From contig CP086569.2 in assembly GCA_009914755.4 (NCBI GenBank), positions 2,272,001-2,336,000 of the forward strand: a stretch of DNA of 64,000 nt. The letters are read 5' to 3'. Positions 1 through 15,138 of the stretch are shown here, piece after piece. This DNA is from the human T2T-CHM13v2.0 reference genome, Homo sapiens. The first letter of the stretch is position 1. Every line of letters starts with the position of its first letter. The notes below the pieces were generated by a model, which saw only the letters and a program-made list of their open reading frames with translations, was not told where the DNA came from and searched no databases. A program made the translations under genes and the position numbers.

Positions 1-352
1 GTAGTAGTTTGTTTTCACACTGCTGATAAAGACATACCCAAAATTGGGCAACTAACAGAAGAAAGAGAGGTTTAATGAACTTATAGTTCCATGTTGCTGG
101 GGAGGCCTCACAATCATGGCAGAAGGCAAGGAGAAGCAAGTCACGTCTTACATGGATGGTAGCAGGCAAAGAGAGAGCTTGTGCAGGAAAACTCCCTTTT
201 ATAAAATCATCAGATCTCATGAGACTTATTCACTACCATGAGTACAGCATGGGAAAGACCTGTCCCCATGATTCAATTACCTCCCACAACACATGGGAAT
301 TCAAGATGAGATTTGGGTGGGGACACAGCCAAACCACATCACCCTATGAGCC
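1..352 (-). mobile_element. MaLR LTR (THE1/MST-like), minus orientation
   Basis: The reverse complement reads tgatgtggtttggctgtgtccccacccaaatctcatcttgaattcccatgtgttgtgggagg, then ccatgattgtgaggcctccccagc, which is the THE1/MST LTR consensus motif. Confidence 0.7.
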
Positions 353-353
353 A

Positions 354-612
354 GCAATTCTGCTTCTGGGCACATACTCAAGAGAAAAACGAGAACACGT
401 GTCCACCAAATAGCTTGTACATTTATACACGTAATGTTGATAGCTGCACTACTCAAAATAGCCAAAAAGTGAAGGTGACCCAAACGTCCCTCAGCCAATG
501 AACGGATTTAACAAAATATGGCATATCCATACAGTGGAATGTGATTCAGGCAGAAAAAGGTTTCAAGTGCTGACACATGCTACAGTGTGGGTGAGCCTTA
601 CAAACATACACT
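354..612 (+). mobile_element. Old LINE-1 ORF2 3'-region fragment
   Basis: Contains ccagcaattctgcttctggg and aatagccaaaaagtgaaggtgacccaaacgtccctcagccaatgaacggatttaacaaaatatgg, typical of L1 ORF2 C-terminal DNA. It is cut off by an Alu. Confidence 0.6.
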
Positions 613-947
613 GGCCAGGTGCAGTGGCTCCTTCCCGTAATCCCAACACATTGGGTGGCCAAGGCAGGTGGATTCCTGGAGGCCTGGAGTTTGAGACCAG
701 CCTGGTCAACACGGTGAAACCCCATCTCTACTAAAAGGAAAATGCAAAAATTAGCCAGGTGCGGTGGTGCACACCTGTACTCCCAGCTACTCGGGAGGCT
801 GGGGCACGAGAATTGGTTTAGCCTGGGAGATGGAGGTTGTAGTGTGCAGTGAGCCAAAATCATGTCACTGCACTCCAGCCTGGGTGACAGAGAGTGAGAC
901 TCTGTCTCAAACAAACAAACAAAAACAAAAACAAAAAAAAAACCAAA
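613..947 (+). mobile_element. Alu SINE, full length
   Basis: Starts ggccaggtgcagtggctcc; contains the gagaccagcctggtcaacacggtgaaacccc body and a right monomer; ends in an A-rich tail. Confidence 0.9.
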
Positions 948-1394
948 AAAGCCCACTAACCCTAATGATTGCTGATGAGCTTTTTATAAAAATCGCAATC
1001 TTGGTCTCCTAAGTCATATTTTGGGTGGCGTATCTTGGTCTCCTAAGTCATATTTTGGGTGGCATATCTCGGTATCTTATAGGACATTCCTTTAGGTATT
1101 GCTCATTCACCCAAGGTGGCAGATTCCTATGGATTCCATCATAAATCAAGGACATGAATGAAGCCAATATTCTGTTCCCTCCCATTATGAATAAGCATCA
1201 TAAACAAGACACAGGAAAAACCATGTTTTGGCTCACGCTTTCCATAGAACTCCCATAGCCCTGAAATAGTCTGCTTTATTCATAGCAATGTGCCACCAGG
1301 ACATACTTGTTTATTCCTTGCAGAAATTAAGGGTAATGACAACCACTTTCAGTTTAGCATACCATTTTGAGCATGTAACTGAAAAGTGCATTCA

Positions 1395-1560
1395 CTGTAT
1401 CTCCAAAAATAATGATATACATGCATATTTGTTTCTTGCAAACAAATATAAGTGCTCACACTATATCTCCAAAATGATATGCATGCATATTTTTTTCTTG
1501 CAAACAAAGTGCTCACGCTATATCTCCAAAATAATGATATGCATGCATATTTGTTTCTTG
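1395..1560. repeat. Tandem repeat, ~55-60-bp unit x3
   Basis: tatctccaaaa(t/a)aatgatat(a/g)catgcatatttgtttcttgcaaacaaa...gtgctcac(a/g)ctatatctcc is repeated three times. Confidence 0.75.
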
Positions 1561-2339
1561 ATAGGACAGATGTAAATATTTATGTGTGCTAAGATGTGGG
1601 GGACATTGAAAGGCTGCTGGGGTTTTTGCAGGCCCCTTAGAAGTGTTGCATGTGTTAAGAAGATGGGAAATACCCTCTTCCATAATTTATGGATGCTAAC
1701 TACATTCTCTAGCTCCCTTTCAGAGCCTGTCAGATACAAATGTAAAATTGTGTTTCCTCTCTCCCCATTATTTTTCCATGGATGTCATTTAGGAAATGAA
1801 AACGAACTCATGAGGACATGAGGATTGGATTGGATTCGACCACGAGAGTGATGGAGGGGTTTCAACAAAGTTCACCAAACTCCAGGCTCTTCATGGTGTC
1901 TGTCCACATGATTCAAAGTGTGACACACCCAGGCTTCCCGGAATTTAATTGACAGGTAACGTTTCAACATGTTTTCTGGAAGCACAGAAAGTCTAGATTT
2001 CAAGGAGGTGACTCTTTTCTCCCCAAAGCAGACCTTGAGACCGTGATTTTACCGCAAAGCTTTTGTGTTTGGGGAGGGTGGGCGGGGGTGAGTCCCAGGG
2101 AGCAGTGGGAGGGGAGAGGGAGTGAAGACAGAGAGTGGAAGATATTATCAGGCCAGTGACTGCAATGAGAGCTTGGAGACTCAGGGTCATCCCACCGGAA
2201 GAGTGAGGAAGGCCGGGGTCTTTTTCTGTCGTTTCCCAACATGTGTTGGCTGAGGTTGCTTCCAGGATGGGGGCATATGCTAGTTTTCTTGCACTTCCAA
2301 TCTGCTCAATGGGTGGTGTATTCGGCTCTTCTTGTACTG

Positions 2340-2735
2340 CTATAAAGAAATACCTGAGAATGGGTAATTGATAAAGAAGAGAGGTTTAATCGGCTCACAG
2401 TTCTGCAGGCTGGACAGGAAGCCTGACTGGGGAAGCCTCAGGAAACTTACAATTATGGCAGAAGGCAAAGGGCAAGCAGGTGCATCTTACATGGTTAGAA
2501 CAGGAGCAGGAGAGAGAGTGAGAAGGGAGGTGCCACACACTATTAAACAACTTGATCTTGTGAGAAATCACTCACTAGCATGAGAACAGCACCAAGAAGA
2601 GGATGCTAGACCATTCATGAAAAAGCACCCCCATGACCGAACCATCTCCCAATGGGCCCCAGCTCCAACGTTGGGGATTACAATTTGACATAACATTTGG
2701 GTGGGAACACAGATCCAAACCTTAGCAGGTGGGAA
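2340..2735 (-). mobile_element. MaLR LTR (MST/THE-like), minus orientation
   Basis: ggctcacagttctgcaggctggacaggaagcctgactggggaagcctcaggaaacttacaattatggcagaaggcaaagg...ggggattacaatttgacataacatttgggtgggaacacag. Confidence 0.7.
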
Positions 2736-3240
2736 AGCAGGCTCAAGGGATAAGAGAATGGCATTGGGAAAATGATCACGTGTCTTGGCACCCAGAGGTT
2801 GGACCATCTTGCACTGACTGACAGTGTTGAGGAGGTAAAGTCCACGCCATATTGGTGAACTCCAGGAACGTGCTTCATTTTTTTTTTTGCAAGCAAGCAA
2901 CAGCATCTTTTATATCTAAGCAGCAAGACAAGCTGCCATCTTGTTTATCAATAGATCTAACATCTGAGTTGAATGTCTCCTATGAATTCCTACATCTCCT
3001 ATCTGTGTGTCTATGAGAATAGCCAAGTTGCCTCTTTGCCTTGAAAGGAAAGGATGGATGGAAAAGAGTTTGAACACTCCAGGTTTGCTGGAGGGAGTGA
3101 TGACATCTGAACAGGAGAGGAGTCAAAGTGTTACTGGAAAGGGGTCCCAATTCAAACCCCAAGAGAGTTTTTGGATCTCATGCAAGAAAAAATTCAGGAT
3201 AAGTCCACAGAGTGAAAGCAAGTTTATTAAGAAAGTAAAA

Positions 3241-3547
3241 GGGCTGGGCAGGGTGGCTCATGCCTGTAATGCCAACATTTTGGGAGGCTGAGATGGGCGG
3301 AATGCTTGAGCTCAAGAGTTTGAAACCAGCCTTGCCAACATGACAAAACTCCGTCTCTACCAAAAATAAAAAAGTTAGCTGGGTGTGGTGGCATGTACCT
3401 ATGGTCCCAGCTACTTGGGAGACTGAGGTGGGAGGATTGCTTAAGCCCAACAGGTTGAGGCTACAGTGAACTCTGATTGTGCCAACGGACTCCACCCTGG
3501 GTAACAGAGCGAGACCTTGTCTCAGGGAAAAAAAAAAAAAAAAGAAA
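3241..3547 (+). mobile_element. Alu SINE
   Basis: gggctgggcagggtggctcatgcctgtaatgcc...; ends in poly(A) near 3545. Confidence 0.9.
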
Positions 3548-3549
3548 GT

Positions 3550-4085
3550 AAAGGAGTAAAACAATGGCTACTCCATAGACAGAACAGAAGCGTGGGCTGC
3601 TTGACTGAGTATACTTATGGTTATTTCTTGATTATATGCTAAACAAAGGGCATTTAGCATATAATCTGAATGCCATATTATATGCTAAATTCAAGAGTTT
3701 TCTGGGAAACGGGAGTTTCTATAACTGAGGGTTCCTCCCCTTTTAGCCAATATAGGGTAACTTCTGGATGTTGCCATGGCATTTGTAAACCGTCACAACA
3801 CTGTTGGGAGTATTTTTGAGAAGCGAATGTATTAGAATTAGGGTATAATGAGCAGCGAGGATGACCAGAGGTCACTCTCATCGCCATCTGGGTTTTGGTG
3901 GGTTCTGGCCGGCTTCTTTACTGCAAACTGTTTTATCAGCAAGGTCTTTATGACCTGTATCTTGTGCTGACCTCCCATCTCATTCGGTGACTAAGAATGC
4001 CTAACCTCCTGGGAATGCAGCCCAGCAGGTCTCAGCCTCATTTTACCCAGCTCCTATTCAAGATTGAGTTGCTCTGGTTCAAATG
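3550..4085 (-). mobile_element. ERV-type LTR, family not assigned from memory
   Basis: Reverse complement of the element at 9395-10020. Shared blocks include ggtcactctcatcgccatctgggttttggtgggttctggccggcttctttactgcaaactgttttatcagcaaggtctttatgacctgtatcttg. Confidence 0.55.
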
Positions 4086-4091
4086 CCTCTA

Positions 4092-4511
<420 letters not shown>

Positions 4512-4845
4512 TCACAAGCTAACTGCATTTGCTCATTCCTACAAATAGGTCAAGCTAATCATGAATTCAGTTTACAGTTTAACTTTAAAGCAAGAATGAT
4601 CATAGTCCCTTCCCAAAAATAACCCCCGAGGGGATCAGGAGGATGTGCGCAGAAGGAACAATGTTATGTCAAAGATTTATAAGAGCACTGTGACCTGACC
4701 AAGGATGAGGAAGTTCCACAAGGCCCCTTGGACCATAATAGCCGCCCAGATGTCTGTGGTCATTGCTCACCTCTTGCCCTCTACCACCCTCCCTCTCCCC
4801 CTGGCATAAAAGCAGCCTAAAATTCTATTAAGATGGTTCTTTCAA

Positions 4846-5287
4846 CCCAAATGCCCATCAGTGATAGACTGGATAAAGAATATGTAGCACATATACACCA
4901 TGGAATACTATGCAGCCGTAAAAAAGAATGAGTTCATGTCCTTTGCAGGGACATGGATGAAGCCGGAAACCATCATTCTCGGCAAACTAACACAGCAACA
5001 GAAAACCAACCACCACATGTTCTCACTCATAAGTGGGAGCTGAACAATGAGAACACATAGACACAGGGAGGGGAACATCACACACCGGGGCCTGTTGCAG
5101 GGTGGGGGGCAAGGGGAGGGACAGCATTAGGACAAATACCTAATGCCTGCGGGGCTTAAAACCTAGATGATGGGTTCACAGGTACAGCAAACCACCGTGG
5201 CACATGCATACCTATGTAACAAACCTGCACATTCTGCACGTGTGTCCCAGAACTTAAAGTATAATAATAAATTAAAAAAAAAAAAAG
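4846..5287 (+). mobile_element. LINE-1 (L1PA-like) 3' end
   Basis: gataaagaatatgtagcacatatacaccatggaatactatgcagccgtaaaaaagaatgagttcatgtcctttgcagggacatggatgaag...cacatgttctcactcataagtgggagctgaacaatgagaacacat...; ends in poly(A). Confidence 0.85.
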
Positions 5288-5689
5288 ATGGCTTTTTAGG
5301 ACAGCAGTCTTCTGTCTTCTTGACTTGCTGGTTCTTCAAAATAAAGTTGCTGTCCTTACCTTCACACCTTGTGTCTAGACTTACTGGCTATCACGCAATG
5401 TGTGGAGGGAGCTTTAGACGCGACGACAGGATGGTGAAGGGGGTGGTCACACGTGGAAGGAGACAGAAGGAAAGGTGCAGAGAACTGGGCAAGGCACTTG
5501 GCACAGCTGACCATTTTGTGTGATTCTGGGACAGAGAGAAGTGATGGTAGGTAATCTCCCAAAACTGTTCAGCAGCTGAGAGACCTGCTCCTTCCCCCAG
5601 CCGGCTCCGAGGAGCTGCATTTCTGCACAATGTACAGTAGCCCTCCCGCCCCATCTGTGGTTTTGCTTTCCACGGTGAAAGAGTTTGGA

Positions 5690-6460
<771 letters not shown>

Positions 6461-6594
6461 TGAAAGAGAGAGAGAGCACATTACATTCACATAACTTTTA
6501 CTACAGTATATTGTTGTAATTGTTCTATTTTATTATTAGTCTGTTGTTGTTAATCTTTCACTGTGCCTAATTCATAAATTAAACCTTACCATTA

Positions 6595-6950
<356 letters not shown>

Positions 6951-6989
6951 TTATCTCAAAATATATTTCTTTAATATATTGGGGAATAC

Positions 6990-8150
<1,161 letters not shown>

Positions 8151-8457
8151 GTCTTTTGTGGGGGACCTTGCGTCTGTCGATCTGCAGAGGGTCTCCTGTA
8201 AGGCAGCCAACTCTTCTCTTGTCCGGATCTAGGAGAGATTAACTGAGAGTATGGTGCCTTTAAAGACCTGAAAAGAAATATTCAGCATCTCTTCTCTCTG
8301 GGGGCTGCTACCTGTGAAGCTGCATGTACATAACAAGCCCACTTTTGCTAGGAAAGCCTTTTCCTTTCTCCTTCCTATAACCTGTCTTGCAGCTAAAACC
8401 TGGTTTTGGCTGGACTCTGAGTCTGCATTCTTGTTTTTTGTTTTATTTGGTTGTATT

Positions 8458-8954
<497 letters not shown>

Positions 8955-9394
8955 TTAGGGAGTAGATTAGGCTGTTCCTGGTGTGTGTTACCAGAGATTC
9001 TGAAATATTCCTCGGTCGAATGCCTCCAAGAGTGATGTAGTCAACCACAAACCTCCCCCATCTGTTATATCTCCTTGTCTTGTCCCCCCAGATTGTTTTC
9101 TCATTGCTTTGCTTTTCCTGATGGGGTTCAGAAAACATTCCACCAAAATATGGAACTGTGGCATTTGAGAAAACAATTTAAGTAAGAAGGTCACTTTCAC
9201 CTTACCCTCATGGTTCTTCTTTAGCATAGGCCATAAAACCTCGGAAGGACTCTCTGACCTTACCCTGAAGCAGGTCAGGGGACCCTCATTCCAGAGGCGC
9301 CCTCCCTATACCAGGAGGAAGAGAATATCCTTAACTCTGAACATGCAGGGACACAGAAGAATCTGAACAAACAGGCCCTGCTAAGTTCCCGCAG

Positions 9395-10020
9395 TTTATT
9401 CTCATTAGATCAGATCCTTTTGCCAGAGGCATGTAAAACAGAGCCACTCCATCTTGAATAGGAGCTGGGTAAAATGAGGCTAAAACCTACTTGGCTGAAT
9501 TCCCAGATGGTTAAGGCATTCTAAGTCACAGGATGAGATAGGAGGTTGGTACAAGATACAGGTGATAAAGACCTTGCTGATAAAACAGGTTGCAGTAAAG
9601 AAGCCAGCCAAAACCCACCAAAACCAAGATGGCCACAACAGTGACCTCTGGTCGTCCTCACTGCTACACTCCTACCAGCACCATGACAGTTTACAGATGC
9701 CATGGCAACGTCAGGAAGTTACCCTACATGGTCTAAAAAGGGGAGGCATGAATAATCCACCCCCCATTTAGCATATCATCAAGAAATAACCATAAAAATG
9801 GGCAACCAGGAGCCCTCGGGGCTGCTCTATGGAGTAGCCATTCTTTATTCCTTTTGTTTCCTAATAAACTTGCTTTCACTTTACTCTATGGACTCACCCC
9901 GAATTCTTTCTTGCTTGAGATCCAAGAACCCTCTCTTGCGGTCTGGATTGGGACCCCATTCCTGTAACGTTTTTGTCCAATAGTCATACTTCTCCATCAC
10001 TGTCCACTCTTCATTAAAAG
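9395..10020 (+). mobile_element. ERV-type LTR, same family as 3550-4085 but in the opposite orientation
   Basis: tgtaaaacagagccactccatcttgaataggagctgggtaaaatgaggct...gccatggcaacgtcaggaagttaccctacatggtctaaaaaggggagg...aataaacttgctttcactttactctatggactcacc...gggaccccattcctgtaaca. The element ends in 'CA' and carries an AATAAA signal. Confidence 0.6.
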
Positions 10021-10032
10021 TAAGCATATCAC

Positions 10033-10245
10033 ATCTGTAATCCCAGCACTTTGGGAGCCGAGGTGGGTGGATCAACTGAGGTCAGGAGTTCGAAACCAGC
10101 CTGGCCAACATGGTAAGAGTCGCTTGAACTCAGGAGGTGGAGGTTGCAATGAGCTGAGATCCCGTCACTGCACTCCAGCCTGGGTGACAGAGTGAGATTC
10201 CGTCTCAAAAACAAACAAACAAACAAACAAAAAACCAGAAAACCT
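10033..10245 (+). mobile_element. Alu SINE with an internal deletion
   Basis: taatcccagcactttgggagccgaggtgggtggatcaactgaggtcaggagttcgaaaccagcctggccaacatggtaagagtcgcttgaactcaggagg...; (CAAA)n tail. Confidence 0.8.
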
Positions 10246-10961
10246 AAGCGTAAAAATACTCAGATTTTCCTGTTTCTTTCTTTATGATGGCTTCTGTGTC
10301 ACGTAAAACCTAAATACATGGGCCTGCTTTTCTCTTGCTATTGTCTTTTGTTCTAGGGGCCTTAGTCATGAACCCAATGATGGGTGAGGAAATATATTTC
10401 TCTCTCACTGCTACCCTGCCATTACGACAGGCCACAGGCAGCACTTCCAGCTGCTCCGTGGATGTGCTGCAACTTGAATTTGAACTTATTTCAAGTTCTT
10501 TGCCTTCAGAATGGTCAGGAATAGAGCCCATCTTCCAGGTGAACCACAGCCCCATCATGTCAACAGGTTTAGACGCAATGACATTGGAGAGGCTTGACTG
10601 CTGAAAGTGAAGAAGGAAAGTGCTTCCTAGGATAGAGTTTGTAAAGGAGCTTAAATCAGTGATGTCTTCTTGCGTCCGGTCCATGCCAATGCGCAATTTC
10701 ATTTTGTTTCCCTCTTTACAGAAGAGGCTGGTCCCTGACTCTCTGGAACTGTATGCATGAGATGTTTCTCCTGAATCTACAGAGACGTAAATCCCCATGA
10801 CTCAAAGACAGAATCTGTGAAATTTTACTGTCTGATCTGGGAACAGTTTTTAGGATGTCATTGTCATCTGTTGATTGGATTTTGAGTTGACCCCCAAAAG
10901 TTCAGATAAAAAACATGTGTCTCAGCAGATCTGGTAGGCTGTGCCCCTCTTCTTCTTCTTC

Positions 10962-11334
<373 letters not shown>

Positions 11335-11734
11335 TGAAAAGACGCATACACAGGCTCACACACTAAGTTATTGCCAAATTAATTATTGCTGTAAAAATGC
11401 TTTGCACCACTGAGGGGGCACAGACCATGAAATTTCCAATGTATGAACTCTAGGCTACCAAATACTGTTTACCTTTGGGCGCTGTGAACCCCGAGGAAAA
11501 TTCCAGTGATTTGGGGGCAGTCACAAGGCAAAGTGGTCCAAATGGCCTGAACTCAAAATCAAAGAGCCCTTCGTTTTGATCCCAGTCCACTGCTAATGAA
11601 CTCTATGGCCCTGTGTTGTTTTCTTATCAGCAGACGTGAGCTAATAAGTCCAATATCCATGTATCACAATTGTTTCCCAATGAATGAACACACAGAAAGT
11701 TACACAATACAAAAATGTCAGGTAAAAATTTACT

Positions 11735-12395
11735 TGTTTGTCCATCAATCCATCTATTCACTCATCCATCCACTCATCCATCTATTCTTCTTCTACCCAC
11801 CCATCTATCCAGCTATCTATCCGTCTGTCCACTTATCTATCCATCCATCCATTCGTCCATCCATCCATCCATCCATCCACCCACTCATCTATCTCTACCC
11901 ATCCATCCAGCCAGCCAGTAATCTGTCCACCCATCTATCCATCCATCCACCCACCCACCCACCCATCTCTCTCTACCCCTCCAGCCACCCAGTAATCTGT
12001 CCATCCACCTATCCTTCCAACCATCCATCCACCCACCCATCCACCCACTTATCTATCTGTCCATCTATCCATAGATCAATCCGTCTATCCCCCCTTTCAT
12101 CCATCCATTTATTCATCTGTCCATTTATCCATTCCTCCACCCACCCATCCATTCATCCATTTATTCATCTATGTATCCATCCATTCATCCATCCACCCAA
12201 CTATCTATCCATCCAATCATCCACTCATCTTTCCATCCATCCACCCATTTATTCATTCATCCAGCCATCTATCTCTTTATCCATCCTTCCAGCAAGTGAT
12301 CCATCCATTCACGCATCCAGATGGCTGTCTGTCCATTCATTCATCCATCCACCACTTCCTACCCCCAGACCCATCTATCCACCCATCATCCACTG
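11735..12395. repeat. (GGAT)n / (ATCC)n composite microsatellite, ATCC-rich on the + strand
   Basis: catccatccatccatccatccacccactcatctatc...; the source of the spurious 266-aa 'IHPSIHPS' ORF. Confidence 0.95.
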
Positions 12396-12721
12396 ACTTC
12401 AAAAGCTTCATTTGATCGTCTGTGCAGCAGACATGGTGTGTGATGCTCTGACACCTCTTAAGTGCTTTGGTTGCCCACAAGAACCTCACGGGAGGTCTCT
12501 AAGTTGGGCTCAGACCTTGGTAATGAAAACCAGAAATAAAAGTGATTTAAAGAAAGCTGATAGAAACCTAACTTTAGCAAATGGTAAGATAAAAATGTAC
12601 TCCTTTGTCCTGTAAAAGAAGTTGGGAATGTGAGTCGGGCTGGCACAGCCGTCCTGCTGTATCATCAGCCACCCTGATACCTTTGCTCAACGTGTTCTGC
12701 CATGCTTAGAATACAACTTCT

Positions 12722-13042
<321 letters not shown>

Positions 13043-13199
13043 CTATCCTGTAGGAGACTTCCTGCTTCGAACTGGCTGCTGGGACTCCAGCCATCACGTC
13101 ATTATCCCAGGCAGGTTCAGGATGAAGCAAAGACCAAAAAAAAAAAAAAAAGAAAGAAAAAAGAAAAATGATTCTGCCTCCAGGAGTGGAGTGCATAGT

Positions 13200-14760
13200 T
13201 AGACTGCTGCATTCCTCAAACCCCTGAGGTGGGCCCCAGGGTGCGGGGCCAGCCCCTCTGGCCTTGCCTGTGTCTGATCCAGGGGCACAGGTGGCCTGGG
13301 GAGAGACGGAGTCACCCGCAGGCCTGAGACAGCACAAGACCAGTGTTACCGAAGGGCCCCTGACGCAGCCTGCTGGGGTGAGTCGCCAAGGACCAGGACT
13401 CAGCCAGGCGACCCAGATAGGGGTCTTACCCCCAACCCCAAACCACGACCACAAGTCCTCACTCCCAACCCTGTCTCTGAGCTTGCGGCAGAACGTCCTT
13501 GGTCCCGCGCAGAGCGGGTATCCGCAGTGTGTCTCAAAGCCCCCCACCCCCGCCATCTTTCACCACTGAGCGCCCCCAGCTCGGACGCTCCAGAAAGGAC
13601 CAGGGGCCGTGGCTGCCTGTCAAGGCCTACGCCTTTCTAAGCAGGGAGGGGATTGCACTTTGCACCCCTTGGGGATCGCCCTGAGCGCCCCGTGAGCAGC
13701 TGGAAGGGGGCCCCATAGTTTTCCGAGCAGAGGAGCAGGAAGAGTTTCATTTCCTCCCCGTTGGGGCTGCCTGGGGGGGGTGCCTGTTAGGAACAGAGAG
13801 GAGACAGCAAGGGCGGGCGCGGAGAGGCCCACACCTCTCCAAGAAGGGCAGCGGTTTCTCTTGGCTCCAGGTAGGGGCCGCCCTGGGGCGTGCATTTAAG
13901 GGGCTGTAGAGAGGGAGGGACCCGCACTTTCCCGAGAATGTTGGGGGTTGCACTTTGCTCTAGTTGGCGGCATCCTGGCGACGGGCTTGTGGGCGGGGGG
14001 CACTCACAGTTTCCTGAGAAGGGAAGGAGGGCGTCCCGTGGTCCCCTCGGCGCGGCCCGAGCCACCTCCGCCCGCCCCCTCCTCTGTCCCCTCCCCGGGC
14101 CCGGCGTTCCCTCCCCTTCCGTGCGCCAGTGGAGGCCGGGGTGGGGCGGGGCGGGGCAGGCGCAGCCTGGGCTGAGTTTGCAGGGCTGCTCCCCTCACCC
14201 AACCCCTTCGAGTCCTCCGCGGGCTCCGCCCCACCCGGCCCGTGGGGGAGGTTCCGTCCCGCCGCCTTCGCCCGCGCGCTGCACTCGCGGACGATCTCTG
14301 CTCGCCTTGGGCGCGGGGCCGTGCTGGCGCTGCGGCTCCTCGGCCTGCTCCGCCGTCTGGTGGCCGCCCCGGTGAGCGAGCGGCGGGATCCGGGTGGGAG
14401 GACGCGGGGGGTGGCGCGGGCTGGGCCTGGGGATCCGCCTGGGGATGTGGGGTGCAGGGGCGGGGCGCCCCGCGGGGACACCCGGCCCCTCTTCCGTGCC
14501 CGGCGGGACGCGCTGTGCCCACGGGGACCCAGGTCCGGAGGAGGCGCCCACTTTCTCCCCAGCGCTCTTCCTGGGGCCAGGTGGGAGCCGTTTCAGAGGA
14601 AAAAGCCAGCGTTTCTTTCGTAAACCAAAAAGTATCTGGGACAAGTCCCAATCCTTTTGAGTTGATTCGGCGAAGATCAGGAAGGAGCCCGGGAGACGGG
14701 TCTATGCCTTTCTCCAAAGATACTATTGAGAGCTTCGGTATTTAAAGGGGGAAAGCACGC
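13200..14760. promoter_or_regulatory. CpG island, the putative CD99P1/MIC2R promoter
   Basis: Very high G+C with dense CpG, e.g. cgcgctgcactcgcggacgatc and ggcggcgggatccgggtgggaggacgcggggggtggcgcgggc. GC-boxes ggggtggggcggggcggggc lie at ~14140-14158. The CD99 exon-1 homologue lies inside the island. Confidence 0.85.
14306..14371 (+). pseudogene. CD99P1: CD99 (MIC2) exon-1 / signal-peptide homologue with the start codon lost
   Basis: CTT GGG CGC GGG GCC GTG CTG GCG CTG CGG CTC CTC GGC CTG CTC CGC CGT CTG GTG GCC GCC CCG | gtgagcg translates to LGRGAVLALRLLGLLRRLVAAP. CD99 as remembered is MARGAALALLLFGLLGVLVAAP, giving ~15/22 identity. The ATG has become CTT, and a GT donor sits at 14372. 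Confidence 0.65.
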
Positions 14761-15138
14761 TGGAGGGGAAAGAAGGAGGAAGGCTCATTTTACCGAATTC
14801 ACCTGTTGCAAAAGAAAAGCAGCAGGTAGAATAGTCAATTATGTATTTGTCTTGCGCTCACTAAATTGGCACTTTACTAAGATAAGGTCAACAGAGAGTT
14901 ATTGCACTGTCTGCTTGGGAACAGAAGGAAAGACAGCTTCCTGCCTGACTCAGCTTCCAGCTTTATTATTATTATTATTAATTATTTTGGCAGAGTGAAC
15001 TGGGGTTCCAAGTTTTAATTTTCCTTCTACAGTTTGCAGAATCGCAAACTCTTAAATTTAGGGGAACCTGGGGAAGAGGTGGCATCCGATTCCCCCCCAA
15101 CCCTGGTGACGTTCTTATGGATCTTATGGATACTGCAG

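Noticed and set aside
1000-1070. Direct 2x ~33-bp duplication atcttggtctcctaagtcatattttgggtggc
   Set aside because: A small local tandem duplication with no further structure and of no evident significance.
11596-12396. 266-aa + strand ORF '[12 protein letters not shown]...' and the overlapping ORFs at 11715-11995
   Set aside because: A translation artefact of the (CATC)n/(GGAT)n microsatellite. Periodic low-complexity reading frames are open by construction.
13787-14745. Multiple overlapping 150-240-aa ORFs on both strands inside the CpG island
   Set aside because: GC-rich sequence is depleted of stop codons, and the ORFs overlap each other in several frames. Only the short exon-1 homologous segment (14306-14371) has external support.
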